Part shown: piece after piece, positions 44,381 to 52,940 of the stretch
Layout of the letters: each line of letters begins with the position of its first letter
How positions within the stretch are numbered: position 1 is the stretch's first letter
Assembly: GCA_035504395.1 (NCBI GenBank)
Contig: DATJRX010000005.1
Coordinates: forward strand, 3,334 to 67,333
Length of the DNA: 64,000 nt
Source of the DNA: Thermoplasmata archaeon
Lineage (GTDB): Archaea > Thermoplasmatota > Thermoplasmata > Lutacidiplasmatales > UBA184
Direction of reading: 5' to 3'
Program-made: the position numbers and the translations under genes
Notes under the pieces: model-generated
Seen by the model: the letters and a program-made list of their open reading frames with translations, nothing else
The model's database searches: none
What the model was told of the DNA's origin: nothing

Positions 44381-44995
44381 ATGGGCAGTTCGGCCTACCG
44401 CTACATGGCCCGTTCGTTCCGGCAGACCCTCGGCGCCGAGGGGGCCGCGCTCCGTCATGAGCGGCTGCTCACCTGGCGCGGCGAGCACACGGTCCAGCGC
44501 CTCGAGCACCCGACCCGGCTCGACCGGGCGCGGGCCCTCGGCTTCAAGGCGAAGGGCGGGTTCGTCGTGGTCCGCGTCCGGGTCCGGCGCGGCGGCCAGC
44601 GCAAGCGCGCGATCATCGCGGGGCGCCGCCCGAAGCACAAGGGGGTGCTCCGGATGACCCTCAAGAAGAGCCTGCGACGCATCGCCGAGGAGCGCGCGCA
44701 GAAGCACTTCCCGAACCTCGAGGTCCTGAACTCCTACTGGGTCGGCGAGGACGGGAAGCAGAAGTTCTTCGAAGTGCTGCTCCTCGACCCGTCCCACCCC
44801 GAGGTCCGCGCGGATCCCGCGCTCTCGTGGATCACCGCGCCGGCGCAGACGCGCCGGGTCTACCGCGGGCTCACGAGCGCGGGCAAGGAAGGCCGGGGCC
44901 TCCGCTGGAAGGGCAAGGGCACGGAGCGGTTCCGCCCGTCGTACCAGCGCAACCGGCGCGACACGCGGCGCACGCAGTCGAAGGTCATCCCGTAG
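44381..44995 (+). CDS. rpl15e: 50S ribosomal protein L15e
   Basis: SAYRY...RLLTWR...PTRLDRARALGFKAKGGFVVVRVRVRRGG...SLRRIAEERAQKHFPNLEVLNSYWVGEDGKQKFFEVLLLDPSHP is highly conserved across L15e. Confidence 0.95.
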   Translation: MGSSAYRYMARSFRQTLGAEGAALRHERLLTWRGEHTVQRLEHPTRLDRARALGFKAKGGFVVVRVRVRRGGQRKRAIIAGRRPKHKGVLRMTLKKSLRRIAEERAQKHFPNLEVLNSYWVGEDGKQKFFEVLLLDPSHPEVRADPALSWITAPAQTRRVYRGLTSAGKEGRGLRWKGKGTERFRPSYQRNRRDTRRTQSKVIP

Positions 44996-45001
44996 GCCGG
45001 C

Positions 45002-45460
45002 TCACGGGCCCGGGAACCGGTCGAGGCGCTCCTCGATCGAGTCGCCGCACACCTCGGCGAGCCGTCGGGCCCATCCGTAGAGGCCCTCGACGTGGACGAG
45101 CTCGCCGCGCACGATCCGCGCGAGGCGCCGGCGGTACTCGAGGTCGAGCGACGGCCGGTCCGCTTCGAGGAACTCCTTGAGCCGCCGGGCGAAGTGTCCT
45201 CCTTCGGTGTCCCAGTCCGTGAGCACGATCACGCGCGCGGCCCGGTCGACGAGGTCGTGCGCGGTCCCGCTCAGCGGCCGCCCGCGGTGCAGCGCGACGA
45301 TACGGCCGTCGATCCCGAGGCGGCGGAGCGAACGTCGGTCCCGTTCGCCTTCCACGACGACGACCGTGCCGGGCTCGCCGGACTCCGCGCGGAGATCGTG
45401 CCAGAGCTTCAGGAACTCCTCGAGCGTGTCGCGGGCGGTCGGACGGACGCGGAGCGGCAT
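45002..45460 (-). CDS. small Toprim-domain protein
   Basis: The conserved Glu of VVVVEGERD and the DxD of VIVLTDWDTEGG match the Toprim signature. Internal M (MPLRVRP) taken as the start. Confidence 0.55.
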   Translation of the reverse strand: MPLRVRPTARDTLEEFLKLWHDLRAESGEPGTVVVVEGERDRRSLRRLGIDGRIVALHRGRPLSGTAHDLVDRAARVIVLTDWDTEGGHFARRLKEFLEADRPSLDLEYRRRLARIVRGELVHVEGLYGWARRLAEVCGDSIEERLDRFPGP

Positions 45461-45662
45461 CGGTGCGGACCGGGGGCCTCGCCCTCCGCCGGGGACCGAC
45501 GGGAGGGCGAAGATAACCCCGCCGACCCTCGGTCCGCTCGCGGACGCCCCGAGCGACCCGCCGCGTCCGACCGTCGTCGCCGCCATTCCCGGGCGCGTCC
45601 CCGGCGCGACCGCGAAGTTCCTATACGCGCGCGCGTCTCGCGCCTCTCCCCGAAGGTCTCGG

Positions 45663-46328
45663 ATGCCCGACCACTACACGCAGCTGCTGGAGTGGCGACG
45701 CACCGAGGCGTCCGTGCGGGGCCTCGCGAAGCTCCCGCACGACTTCTACCGGACCACGACGGCCTACCTCACCGAGATGCGGGCGAGCTACGAGGCCGAG
45801 CTCCGGGAGAACCCATCGAGCCGCAAGGGCGAGATCCTCCGGCAGACCTACCAGCGGGCGACGCAGGTCGCGCGGGACGTGATCGAGGCGCGCGCGCAGA
45901 AGGTGATGACCGCGGCGTTCCAGGCGTCGATCGGGGGCGCGAAGGAGCTGCCGAACGCCCTCCCCGAGGAGCGCGCGATCTTCGACGCGATGCTCGGGAC
46001 GCTCTCCGACCATCGTCGCGCGTCCGCGCCGTATCTCGAGCCGCACGCGCCCGCCGCCGCGGGCCCCGCGCCCCGCAAGCCCGAGCCGGCGGCCGTCGCC
46101 GCCCCGGCGCCCCCGCCGGGCGCCCCGAGCGCGCGGCCCCCCCGGGCGCCGGGACCGTCGACCTGGGTGCGCATCCTGCAGGGGGGCCGCCGCGTCGAGC
46201 TCGGTTCCGAGACGATCGATCTCCGGACGGACGATGTGCTCTCCCTGCCCGCCGAGCAGGCGAAGCTCCTGATCGACGCGAAGGTCGCCGAACCGGTGCA
46301 GGCGTCCGCGCCCGTCCCCGCTACGTAG
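45663..46328 (+). CDS. putative GINS subunit (Gins51/Gins15-like) DNA replication protein
   Basis: N-terminal LLEWRRTE..L..LPHDFYRTTTAYLTEMR resembles the archaeal Gins51 A-domain. A small C-terminal beta domain follows an Ala/Pro-rich linker. TATA-like TTCCTATAC lies about 37 nt upstream. The assignment is tentative. Confidence 0.45.
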   Translation: MPDHYTQLLEWRRTEASVRGLAKLPHDFYRTTTAYLTEMRASYEAELRENPSSRKGEILRQTYQRATQVARDVIEARAQKVMTAAFQASIGGAKELPNALPEERAIFDAMLGTLSDHRRASAPYLEPHAPAAAGPAPRKPEPAAVAAPAPPPGAPSARPPRAPGPSTWVRILQGGRRVELGSETIDLRTDDVLSLPAEQAKLLIDAKVAEPVQASAPVPAT

Positions 46329-47316
46329 CCGGCGGGCGCGCCGCGAGCTCGAGCACCCGGAACCGCTCGAAGCCGAACAGCAGATTCTTCGCGGCGAGCC
46401 GCAGGCGGACCTCGGCTTCCGCCGAGCCGGCGCTCTTCAGCGCCGCGTCGAGCAGCGCGGGGAATCCCCACTCCCCGAGCGCCTCGGCCTGGGAGCGGAA
46501 CGCGATCTCGGTGAGGCCGCTGCCCCGGGCGACCGCCCGGACCCGGGAGAAGTTCACGAACATCGATAGGTCCGAGGTGCCGGGCGCCTCGAACGGGGCC
46601 TCGAGCGACCGATGCCCCCGGACGGCGGCGAGGGTGCCGCGGGGATGCGCCGCGAGCAGCTCGGGTTCCTCGAGGCCGTAGTCGATAAGGATCGCGACCC
46701 CCGCGGCGAGGTGATCGCCGATCTCGCGCACGGCCGCCTCCGCCCCCGCGGAGACCTCGACGACCGTCCCCGCCTCGAGGTGGATCGGCAGCGCGGGACC
46801 GGGCACGGCCCGGTCCATCGGCCGGTCCGCGGGCCCGAGGCCGTCCCCTCGCAGTTCCACGCCGAGCTCGCGCCAGTAGCTCCCGTCCCAGAGGAGCCGC
46901 CGGGCGGGTTGCGCATCGAGGTACTCGTTGGCGATCACGGCGCCGGCGAACGGCCCGTCGGCTCCGAGCGACGGGAGTCGCACCACCCGAACCGTTGCGG
47001 AGGTCGCGCGGATCCGATGCGCCGCCTCCGCCGCCCGGGCCTCCGAGCGCTCGACGAGGGCGTACTCGAGCTCCGCCTCCTCGGGCCGAAGGGCGGAGAC
47101 GATCCCGGCGGCGAGGGTGCCATCGCCCGGCCCGAGCTCGACGATGCGGAACGGGCGGGCGGCGATCGACGCGCGAACCGCCCCGATCCGCTGGGCGAGC
47201 GACCGCGCGAACAGCGGCGAGACGTGGGCCGCCGTGTAGTAGTCGCCCATCGGCCCGAGCGGCGAGCGGGCCGCCGAGTAGTAGCCCGCGACCGGGTCGT
47301 AGAGGGCGATCTCCAT
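46321..47316 (-). CDS. DUF185/MidA-family (NDUFAF7-like) SAM-dependent methyltransferase
   Basis: FMEIALYDPVAGYY, IVELGPGDGTLAA and ANEYLDAQP are hallmarks of DUF185. ATG confirmed at 47314-47316; a possible GTG extension reaches 47427. Confidence 0.75.
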   Translation of the reverse strand: MEIALYDPVAGYYSAARSPLGPMGDYYTAAHVSPLFARSLAQRIGAVRASIAARPFRIVELGPGDGTLAAGIVSALRPEEAELEYALVERSEARAAEAAHRIRATSATVRVVRLPSLGADGPFAGAVIANEYLDAQPARRLLWDGSYWRELGVELRGDGLGPADRPMDRAVPGPALPIHLEAGTVVEVSAGAEAAVREIGDHLAAGVAILIDYGLEEPELLAAHPRGTLAAVRGHRSLEAPFEAPGTSDLSMFVNFSRVRAVARGSGLTEIAFRSQAEALGEWGFPALLDAALKSAGSAEAEVRLRLAAKNLLFGFERFRVLELAARPPAT

Positions 47317-47444
47317 GAACCGGTCGAACGGGACGAAGCCCGAACCGTCCTGGGCCGCGCGCAGCCGCGCGCGGATCCGGTCCGTCCGCGACGCGCGGTC
47401 CGGGTCCGGGGAAGGGACGGCCGCCACGCGCGTCCGCTCCCCGA

Positions 47445-48227
47445 TCAGCCGATGTAGCCCAGGTCCTCGCGGGCCGCCGGGCCCGGCGAGGTCGTGCCCT
47501 CGGAGTGCTGCTCGGCCTCGTGGATCTTCTGGGCGATGCGGTCGATCTCCTGGGCCTTGGCCTGGAGCGCCGCGAAGTCGATCGGAAGCTGGAGCGCCTG
47601 GGTCAGGACCTTGAGGACCGCTTCCGCGGCCCGGGGGTCGACGAAGTAGCCGCTCGTCTCGCCCATGAGGCAGACCCCCTCCATGCCGAACAGCCGGCCG
47701 AGCCCGAGGAAGAGGCCGCTCGCGCCGATGAGGCCGCCGCCCGGGTCGTTCCGCGAGAAGACGACGTTGAACTTCTTCATCGCCTCGACCTGGGCCGGCG
47801 CGGTGGCCGCGCCGAGGACCCGCGGGGCGTCGACGATCCGGCCCTGTGCGAACCCGGCGAGCGTGAAGACGGTGCGGACGCCGAGGCCGCGGCAGAAGTC
47901 GAGCACGCGCTCGGTGATCTCGTACTGGCCCTCGGGGCTGATCCCCTGGTAGTCGCCCCCCAGGATCAGGAGGTCGTGCTCGGCGGTCGCGGGCGCCCTC
48001 CAGTACGCGAGCTCGTTCGAGACCAGGCGGATGATGCCGGTCTCGGAGACGTACACCTGCGGCGGGAAGAACTTCGAGAAGATCGTGGCGAGCGGCTTCG
48101 CGGCGAGCTGGTCGCGGAGGTAGTCGGCGGCGAGCTTTCCGACGTTGCCGACGCCCGGCAGTCCCTCGATCAGGATCGGGTCGCGCAGCGCGACCTTCTC
48201 CAGCGGCCGGATGACGACGTCCTCCAC
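47445..48227 (-). CDS. PAC2-family proteasome assembly chaperone-like protein
   Basis: LIEGLPGVGNVGKLAADYL ... LLILGGDYQ is the PAC2/DUF75 pattern. Confidence 0.7.
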   Translation of the reverse strand: MEDVVIRPLEKVALRDPILIEGLPGVGNVGKLAADYLRDQLAAKPLATIFSKFFPPQVYVSETGIIRLVSNELAYWRAPATAEHDLLILGGDYQGISPEGQYEITERVLDFCRGLGVRTVFTLAGFAQGRIVDAPRVLGAATAPAQVEAMKKFNVVFSRNDPGGGLIGASGLFLGLGRLFGMEGVCLMGETSGYFVDPRAAEAVLKVLTQALQLPIDFAALQAKAQEIDRIAQKIHEAEQHSEGTTSPGPAAREDLGYIG

Positions 48228-48290
48228 GGTGGCTCCTCCGTTCCGAGCGGACCGGCGAGGATAAAGCCTCGCTGGCGGCCGGGTAGGCCG

Positions 48291-49055
48291 CTATCCCGGG
48301 CTCCGCTCGCCCGGTCCGGTCGCCCAGCCGTTCTCCGCTACGTGGAGGCGGACGATCCGGCCGAGATCGGGGCGGTTCGCGACCTTCTGGATCTGCAGCT
48401 CGTGCTCGTAGCGCTCGCCTCGCGGCTCGCTCTTCAGCTCGAAGACGAGATCCGAGAGGTCGTGGAGGAGGCCGTACATCGCCCGGTCGTGGCCGATCGA
48501 GTGCGCGGTGAGCAGCGCCTGGCCGCCGATCGTGCGGCACCGGTGCCGGATCTGGCGGGCGACGGTCGTCACGTCGTGGGGCTCGAGGACCTCGAGGAAG
48601 AAGTCGACCGAGTCGAGCACCAGCCGGAACGGGTGGTCGATCTCGGCGAGGTCGCTCAGCATGCGGTTCGTGAGGCTGAACGATTTCGGCGGCGTCGCCT
48701 GGTTGCGCGCGACGACCAGCTCGTCGAGCGAGATCCCCTTCTCGCGCGCCCGGGCGATGTCGAGCCCGTGGACGAGCACGCGCTCGTAGTACTCGTCGGC
48801 GAGGTTCACCACCTTGATCTCGGACGGGTCCCAGCCGAAGTCGGTGAACGCCTTCGTGACGTCCTCGGTCCGCTCGAACGTCGTGTAGAACAGGACCGGG
48901 ACGCTGCCGACGCCGGCGTGCGCGAACTGCTTGGCGAGCAGCGGCGCCCCCGAGCCGGACGAGCCGGTGAGGAGCGCGAGCCATCCCGGAGGGAGCGCCG
49001 GCCACAGCGCGCCGTCGATCTCGGGCATCCCGAGGATGCGCTCGTCGTCCCCCAC
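48291..49055 (-). CDS. KaiC-like RecA-superfamily protein with degenerate Walker A (GSSGSGAP)
   Basis: KaiC-like features FGWD and LVLDSVDFF (Walker B) are present, but the P-loop reads LLTGSSGSGAPLL and lacks Lys-Thr/Ser. Confidence 0.65.
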   Translation of the reverse strand: MGDDERILGMPEIDGALWPALPPGWLALLTGSSGSGAPLLAKQFAHAGVGSVPVLFYTTFERTEDVTKAFTDFGWDPSEIKVVNLADEYYERVLVHGLDIARAREKGISLDELVVARNQATPPKSFSLTNRMLSDLAEIDHPFRLVLDSVDFFLEVLEPHDVTTVARQIRHRCRTIGGQALLTAHSIGHDRAMYGLLHDLSDLVFELKSEPRGERYEHELQIQKVANRPDLGRIVRLHVAENGWATGPGERSPG

Positions 49056-49057
49056 GG

Positions 49058-49636
49058 CTAGCGGCCCCGCCCGACGTCGATCGTCTCGTCGACCAGGAGG
49101 TTCAGCATCTGCTCGATCCCCGTCGCCTCCTCGTCCGAGGTCTCGAGGACGACCGCGAGCACGTTGCGGCTCTTCAGGTTCGTCAGGAAGATGTGGAAGA
49201 ACTCGTTGAGGAGGTCGACCGGGTTGTGAATCGCGAGGGCGTTCACGCTGTCGATCACCACGATCGAGCGGGGGTGCGGGAACTTCCGCAGCAGGTAGTC
49301 GACCCGCAGCATGATCTCCTCGAGCGCCCGCGGGGTCTCGATGTACGTCGAGTTCGGGAGCGGGTTCGAGTAGTTCATCATGATGTGGCTGATCGCGTCG
49401 ACGAACGAGATCCGGTCCGCCGGCACGTCGAGCGCCTGCGCGAGCGACCAGACGAACGCGGCCGGGTTCGTCACGGTGACGTAGATCGTGTGCGCGTTGG
49501 TCTCGCTGCCGACGTCCCGCAACGTCGCGTTCAGGACCGCGAAGTAGTGGTCCGCGTACTCGCGGGGATCCAGCTTGAGCGCGACCGCGCTCCCGCCGGG
49601 CAACGACCGCAGCCGGTCCCCGATGTCCGCCGGCAT
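49058..49636 (-). CDS. KaiC-like RecA-superfamily protein lacking the P-loop
   Basis: Aligns with the neighbouring KaiC-like genes (IYVTVTNPAAF...ADRISFVDAIS...IVVIDSVNALAI), but the Walker A segment is replaced by LDPREYADHY. Confidence 0.55.
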   Translation of the reverse strand: MPADIGDRLRSLPGGSAVALKLDPREYADHYFAVLNATLRDVGSETNAHTIYVTVTNPAAFVWSLAQALDVPADRISFVDAISHIMMNYSNPLPNSTYIETPRALEEIMLRVDYLLRKFPHPRSIVVIDSVNALAIHNPVDLLNEFFHIFLTNLKSRNVLAVVLETSDEEATGIEQMLNLLVDETIDVGRGR

Positions 49637-49645
49637 CGAGCGACC

Positions 49646-50449
49646 CTACTCCTCCGGGTTCTGGCCCTTGAGGTGCGGCGCCATCAACATCCCGATCGGC
49701 GTCAGCTCGATGACGTACTGGGCCCGCGAGTGCGTCGTCCCGCGCATCTTCACGATCTGGAGCACGCGCAGGATGTCGCCCTGCCGCCGGGTGTTCCAGA
49801 GGAGGATCACGCCGTCGACGATCGCTTCCTCGACCCCGTGGAGCGAGTAGCGGCCGGCCTGCGGTCCGATCTCCGACACGAGGAGCGAGGTGCAGCCGAG
49901 CTCGGTCAGCGTCTGGCCGAGGCGGAGCATGAAGTCCCGGATCCGCTCGTCCCGACGGATCCGGTAGCAGACCGACGTCAGCGAGTCGAGGACGAGCCGC
50001 TTCACGCCGAGCGAGGCGACCAGGTCCCGGATCGTCCGGATCAGGATGTCGATCTCGTCGGCCGTGAGCTCCTCGTGCTCGAGGCCGAGCTTGTCGTAGA
50101 TCGCGGGGAGATCGACGAACACGAGCGAGCCGATGTCGATCAGGTCCCGCCGGAAGAACTCGAACGTCGAGAGGTTCTGGATCAGCTTCGCGGACGCCTC
50201 GGTCACGGAGAGGAAGAGCGAACGCTCCCCCCGTTCCGCGCCGCGGACCAGGAACTCGAGGCTCAGCGTCGTTTTCCCCGTCCCGACCGACCCGGCGACC
50301 AGGACCATGTTCCCGCGCGGGATCCCGCCGCCCAGCACGTTGTCGAGGCCCTCGATGCCGGTGGCGCAGCGCTCCAGCACCGCGGCCGGCGCGAGCAGCG
50401 GCCGGGGGGGACCGTCGGGCGGGGCGGCCGTCTCCGGCGGAGCCTCCAT
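49646..50449 (-). CDS. KaiC-like RecA-superfamily ATPase with intact Walker A/B
   Basis: TGIEGLDNVLGGGIPRGNMVLVAGSVGTGKTTLSLEF (Walker A) and RLVLDSLTSV (Walker B). Internal M (MEAPPET) taken as the start; the ORF extends to 50620. Confidence 0.8.
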   Translation of the reverse strand: MEAPPETAAPPDGPPRPLLAPAAVLERCATGIEGLDNVLGGGIPRGNMVLVAGSVGTGKTTLSLEFLVRGAERGERSLFLSVTEASAKLIQNLSTFEFFRRDLIDIGSLVFVDLPAIYDKLGLEHEELTADEIDILIRTIRDLVASLGVKRLVLDSLTSVCYRIRRDERIRDFMLRLGQTLTELGCTSLLVSEIGPQAGRYSLHGVEEAIVDGVILLWNTRRQGDILRVLQIVKMRGTTHSRAQYVIELTPIGMLMAPHLKGQNPEE

Positions 50450-50489
50450 CGAGAAAACGAGCGAGCCCGAGCCTAAGAGCGTATCGTTT

Positions 50490-52940
50490 CTATCCGCGGT
50501 CGGGACCGTCGTCCGACCGCCCCTCCGCCCCCGGCTCCGGGGGCCCGACGAGGCGCGCGGGATCGATCCACCAGCACGCGCCCCGCGCGTCGCGACCGGT
50601 CGAGAGGAGCGCCCCTTCACGGCGGAGCGCGTCGCCCGTCGCCCGCACCGCCGCGCCGGTCGGGTCGACCTCGTGGCGCAGCTCGGCCAGCGAGATCTTC
50701 AGCGGACGGTCCCGCGGAGCCGCGCGCGCGCGCTCCGCGAGGGCTCGCCGCACGCGATCCTCGGGCGCGTCCGCCGACGCGGCGGAGCCGGGGGCCAGGA
50801 CGCCAGGGTCGGCCGCCGCCGTCGCGCCGGGGGATGGGGCCGGAGCGGGGGGCCCACCCGCCGGAGCCGGTCGGCGGGCGGTGCGGAGTCGGAGGACCTC
50901 CTGTCCCTTCCCGAGCAGAACCACGGCCTCTCCGCGGGGCAACGACACGAGGGCTCCCGGCTCGGCCCCCCGGACCGAACGCGCGAGCTCGCGCGCCTCC
51001 CCGGGGGAACCCCGGAACGCGACGAAGTCCGCGACGTTCGTCCAGATCGCCTCGGCGACGCCCTCCGGCAGCGATCCGATCGACTGCGTGGCGAGCACGA
51101 CGTGCACGTTGCGACGGCGGGCGAGGCGCAGCATTTCGGCGAGGCTCTCGTGACCGAACCACTGCGCTTCGTCGAGCACGACCCAGGTCTTCGGGGTCCC
51201 GGGGCGTGCCAGCAGCTCGTTCCAGACCAGGGCGAGGTACACCGACATGAGGTAGCGCGCGGTCGACTCTCCGACGTCGCGCGCGTCTCCGGCGATCAGG
51301 ACGACCCGGCCCTCACCGACCAGGTCCTCGGCCCAGAGCTCAGGGGACCGCGCGCACAGCATGCGAACGAGCGTGGGGCTGCGGACCACCTCGTGGAGGA
51401 GGCGCCGGGCGCCATCGGCGTCCTCGGGACGGTGTCGGATGCGGTCGGCGAGCTCCCGAACGGCCTCCATCGCCTCGGGCGGCACTCCGCGAGTTCCGCG
51501 GCCCTCGGCGGCGAGCAGCGCGTGCGCGTCGACGAGCGTTCCGTCGGGCATCGCCGCCGCCGCCCGAAGGGCCCTCGTCAGCATCTCGTCGAGGCGGGGT
51601 CCCCAGAACGCCCCGCTGGAATACCGGCCTTCCCGCACGAGGCGCAGGGCGTGCACCAGGTCGTTGACCTGGCGCTCGGCCCGGCCTCCGTCCGCGGCGT
51701 CGCGGACCAACGAGCGGCCGAGCGCGTTCAGCCCCCCCACCGACCGAGTGTCGATCCAGGTCAGCCGGTCCCGCGCGGCCGGGGGGAGGTCGTCCCGCAC
51801 GGCCCGCGCGGTCTCCCCGAGCGGGTCGAGCAGCACCAGGCCTCCCCGGCTCGCGGCTCGCCGGGCGAGCACGACGAGCAGGGAACTCTTGCCCATCCCC
51901 GTCTCCCCCACGATCGCCAGGTGCCGACCCTGGTGAGGCTCGGAGGGAGCGCGCACGATCTGGCCGTCCGAGGTCCGCCCGAGCGGAAGGCCGTCGGCCT
52001 CGGAGAGGTCGGCGCCGAGTCCGGGGCATCGATCCGTGGGGAACGTCGCGAGCAGGTCGACCTCGGGAAGGGGGAACGCCGGACCTCGGCGGCCATGCCA
52101 GGGTCGGAATCGGGAGAACCGGAGCCCGTTCCCTTCGGCGGTCCGGGTGGCCGACTCCCAGGAGCGCGCGGAGGCCCGGAGCTCGAGCGGGGACCGCGCC
52201 GGGTCGGTGCGCCGAAGCCGAAGCCGGCTCTCCCACACCGGGCGCAGGTCCGGCGCCGGCTCGGGCCGGGCCATCGACGGGCGGGGGATCGGGCGGGTCC
52301 CGGGCGGCAGCGTTCGGTGATCGATCGAACCGACCGGTTCCGGTCTCGACGGGCTGGCCGCCAGCCGCGTCGGCCGGCTCGACCACGCGAGCTCGAGTCC
52401 CGGCGGCAGGAGCGACGCCTGCTGCACGACGGCGTCCATCAGCGCGACGACCCCGGCCGACCGGCCGATCAGCGGCTCGGGCCAGGCGCGGGCAGGGGTC
52501 GCGAACCACTCCCACGGACCCGGCGCATCCCGCTCACCTGACGGCGCCGGTTTCCACTGGCCGGGGGGATACACCGGCAGCAGCACCCGGATCCACCATC
52601 GGGCGGCCGCGGCGTCGCCGGGCCGGAAGGTGAGGCCGGCGGGTCGGCCGGACCGGATCCTCCACTCGAACGAGACCCCCGCCCCGTGCGCGGCCCGAAC
52701 GGCGAGCGCGAGCTCCCGCGGATACGGTTCGCGGTCCGACGGCCGGCGATCGTCCGAGGGCAGCGATCGGAACCGCCAGGCCGGGACCGATGTCGTGCGA
52801 GGACCGGTGTCCGGGTCCACGCCGCTCGCTGACGGCCGGCTCGAAGAATCCGTCGGGGTGGGCGGACGGTGAAGCGTGCCCATCGCCACCCTCAAGTGGC
52901 CGCCCGCGTGGGACCGGCTTCGGGTCCGGTCGCATGTCAT
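50490..52940 (-). CDS. HerA/FtsK-like (DUF87) P-loop ATPase with long N-terminal extension
   Basis: HLAIVGETGMGKSS (Walker A), LLDPLGE (HerA DPxGE motif), VVLDEAQWF (Walker B) and VLATQS (sensor). Coordinates are the maximal ORF. The true start must be internal, because the first ATG would overlap the divergent DRG gene; candidates are M168 at 52439 and M223 at 52274. Confidence 0.65.
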   Translation of the reverse strand: MTCDRTRSRSHAGGHLRVAMGTLHRPPTPTDSSSRPSASGVDPDTGPRTTSVPAWRFRSLPSDDRRPSDREPYPRELALAVRAAHGAGVSFEWRIRSGRPAGLTFRPGDAAAARWWIRVLLPVYPPGQWKPAPSGERDAPGPWEWFATPARAWPEPLIGRSAGVVALMDAVVQQASLLPPGLELAWSSRPTRLAASPSRPEPVGSIDHRTLPPGTRPIPRPSMARPEPAPDLRPVWESRLRLRRTDPARSPLELRASARSWESATRTAEGNGLRFSRFRPWHGRRGPAFPLPEVDLLATFPTDRCPGLGADLSEADGLPLGRTSDGQIVRAPSEPHQGRHLAIVGETGMGKSSLLVVLARRAASRGGLVLLDPLGETARAVRDDLPPAARDRLTWIDTRSVGGLNALGRSLVRDAADGGRAERQVNDLVHALRLVREGRYSSGAFWGPRLDEMLTRALRAAAAMPDGTLVDAHALLAAEGRGTRGVPPEAMEAVRELADRIRHRPEDADGARRLLHEVVRSPTLVRMLCARSPELWAEDLVGEGRVVLIAGDARDVGESTARYLMSVYLALVWNELLARPGTPKTWVVLDEAQWFGHESLAEMLRLARRRNVHVVLATQSIGSLPEGVAEAIWTNVADFVAFRGSPGEARELARSVRGAEPGALVSLPRGEAVVLLGKGQEVLRLRTARRPAPAGGPPAPAPSPGATAAADPGVLAPGSAASADAPEDRVRRALAERARAAPRDRPLKISLAELRHEVDPTGAAVRATGDALRREGALLSTGRDARGACWWIDPARLVGPPEPGAEGRSDDGPDRG

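Noticed and set aside
46321-49005. 894-aa minus-strand ORF as a single gene
   Set aside because: Only the C-terminal 331 aa (DUF185 MTase) are coherent. The upstream part is antisense or out of frame relative to the PAC2 and KaiC-like genes.
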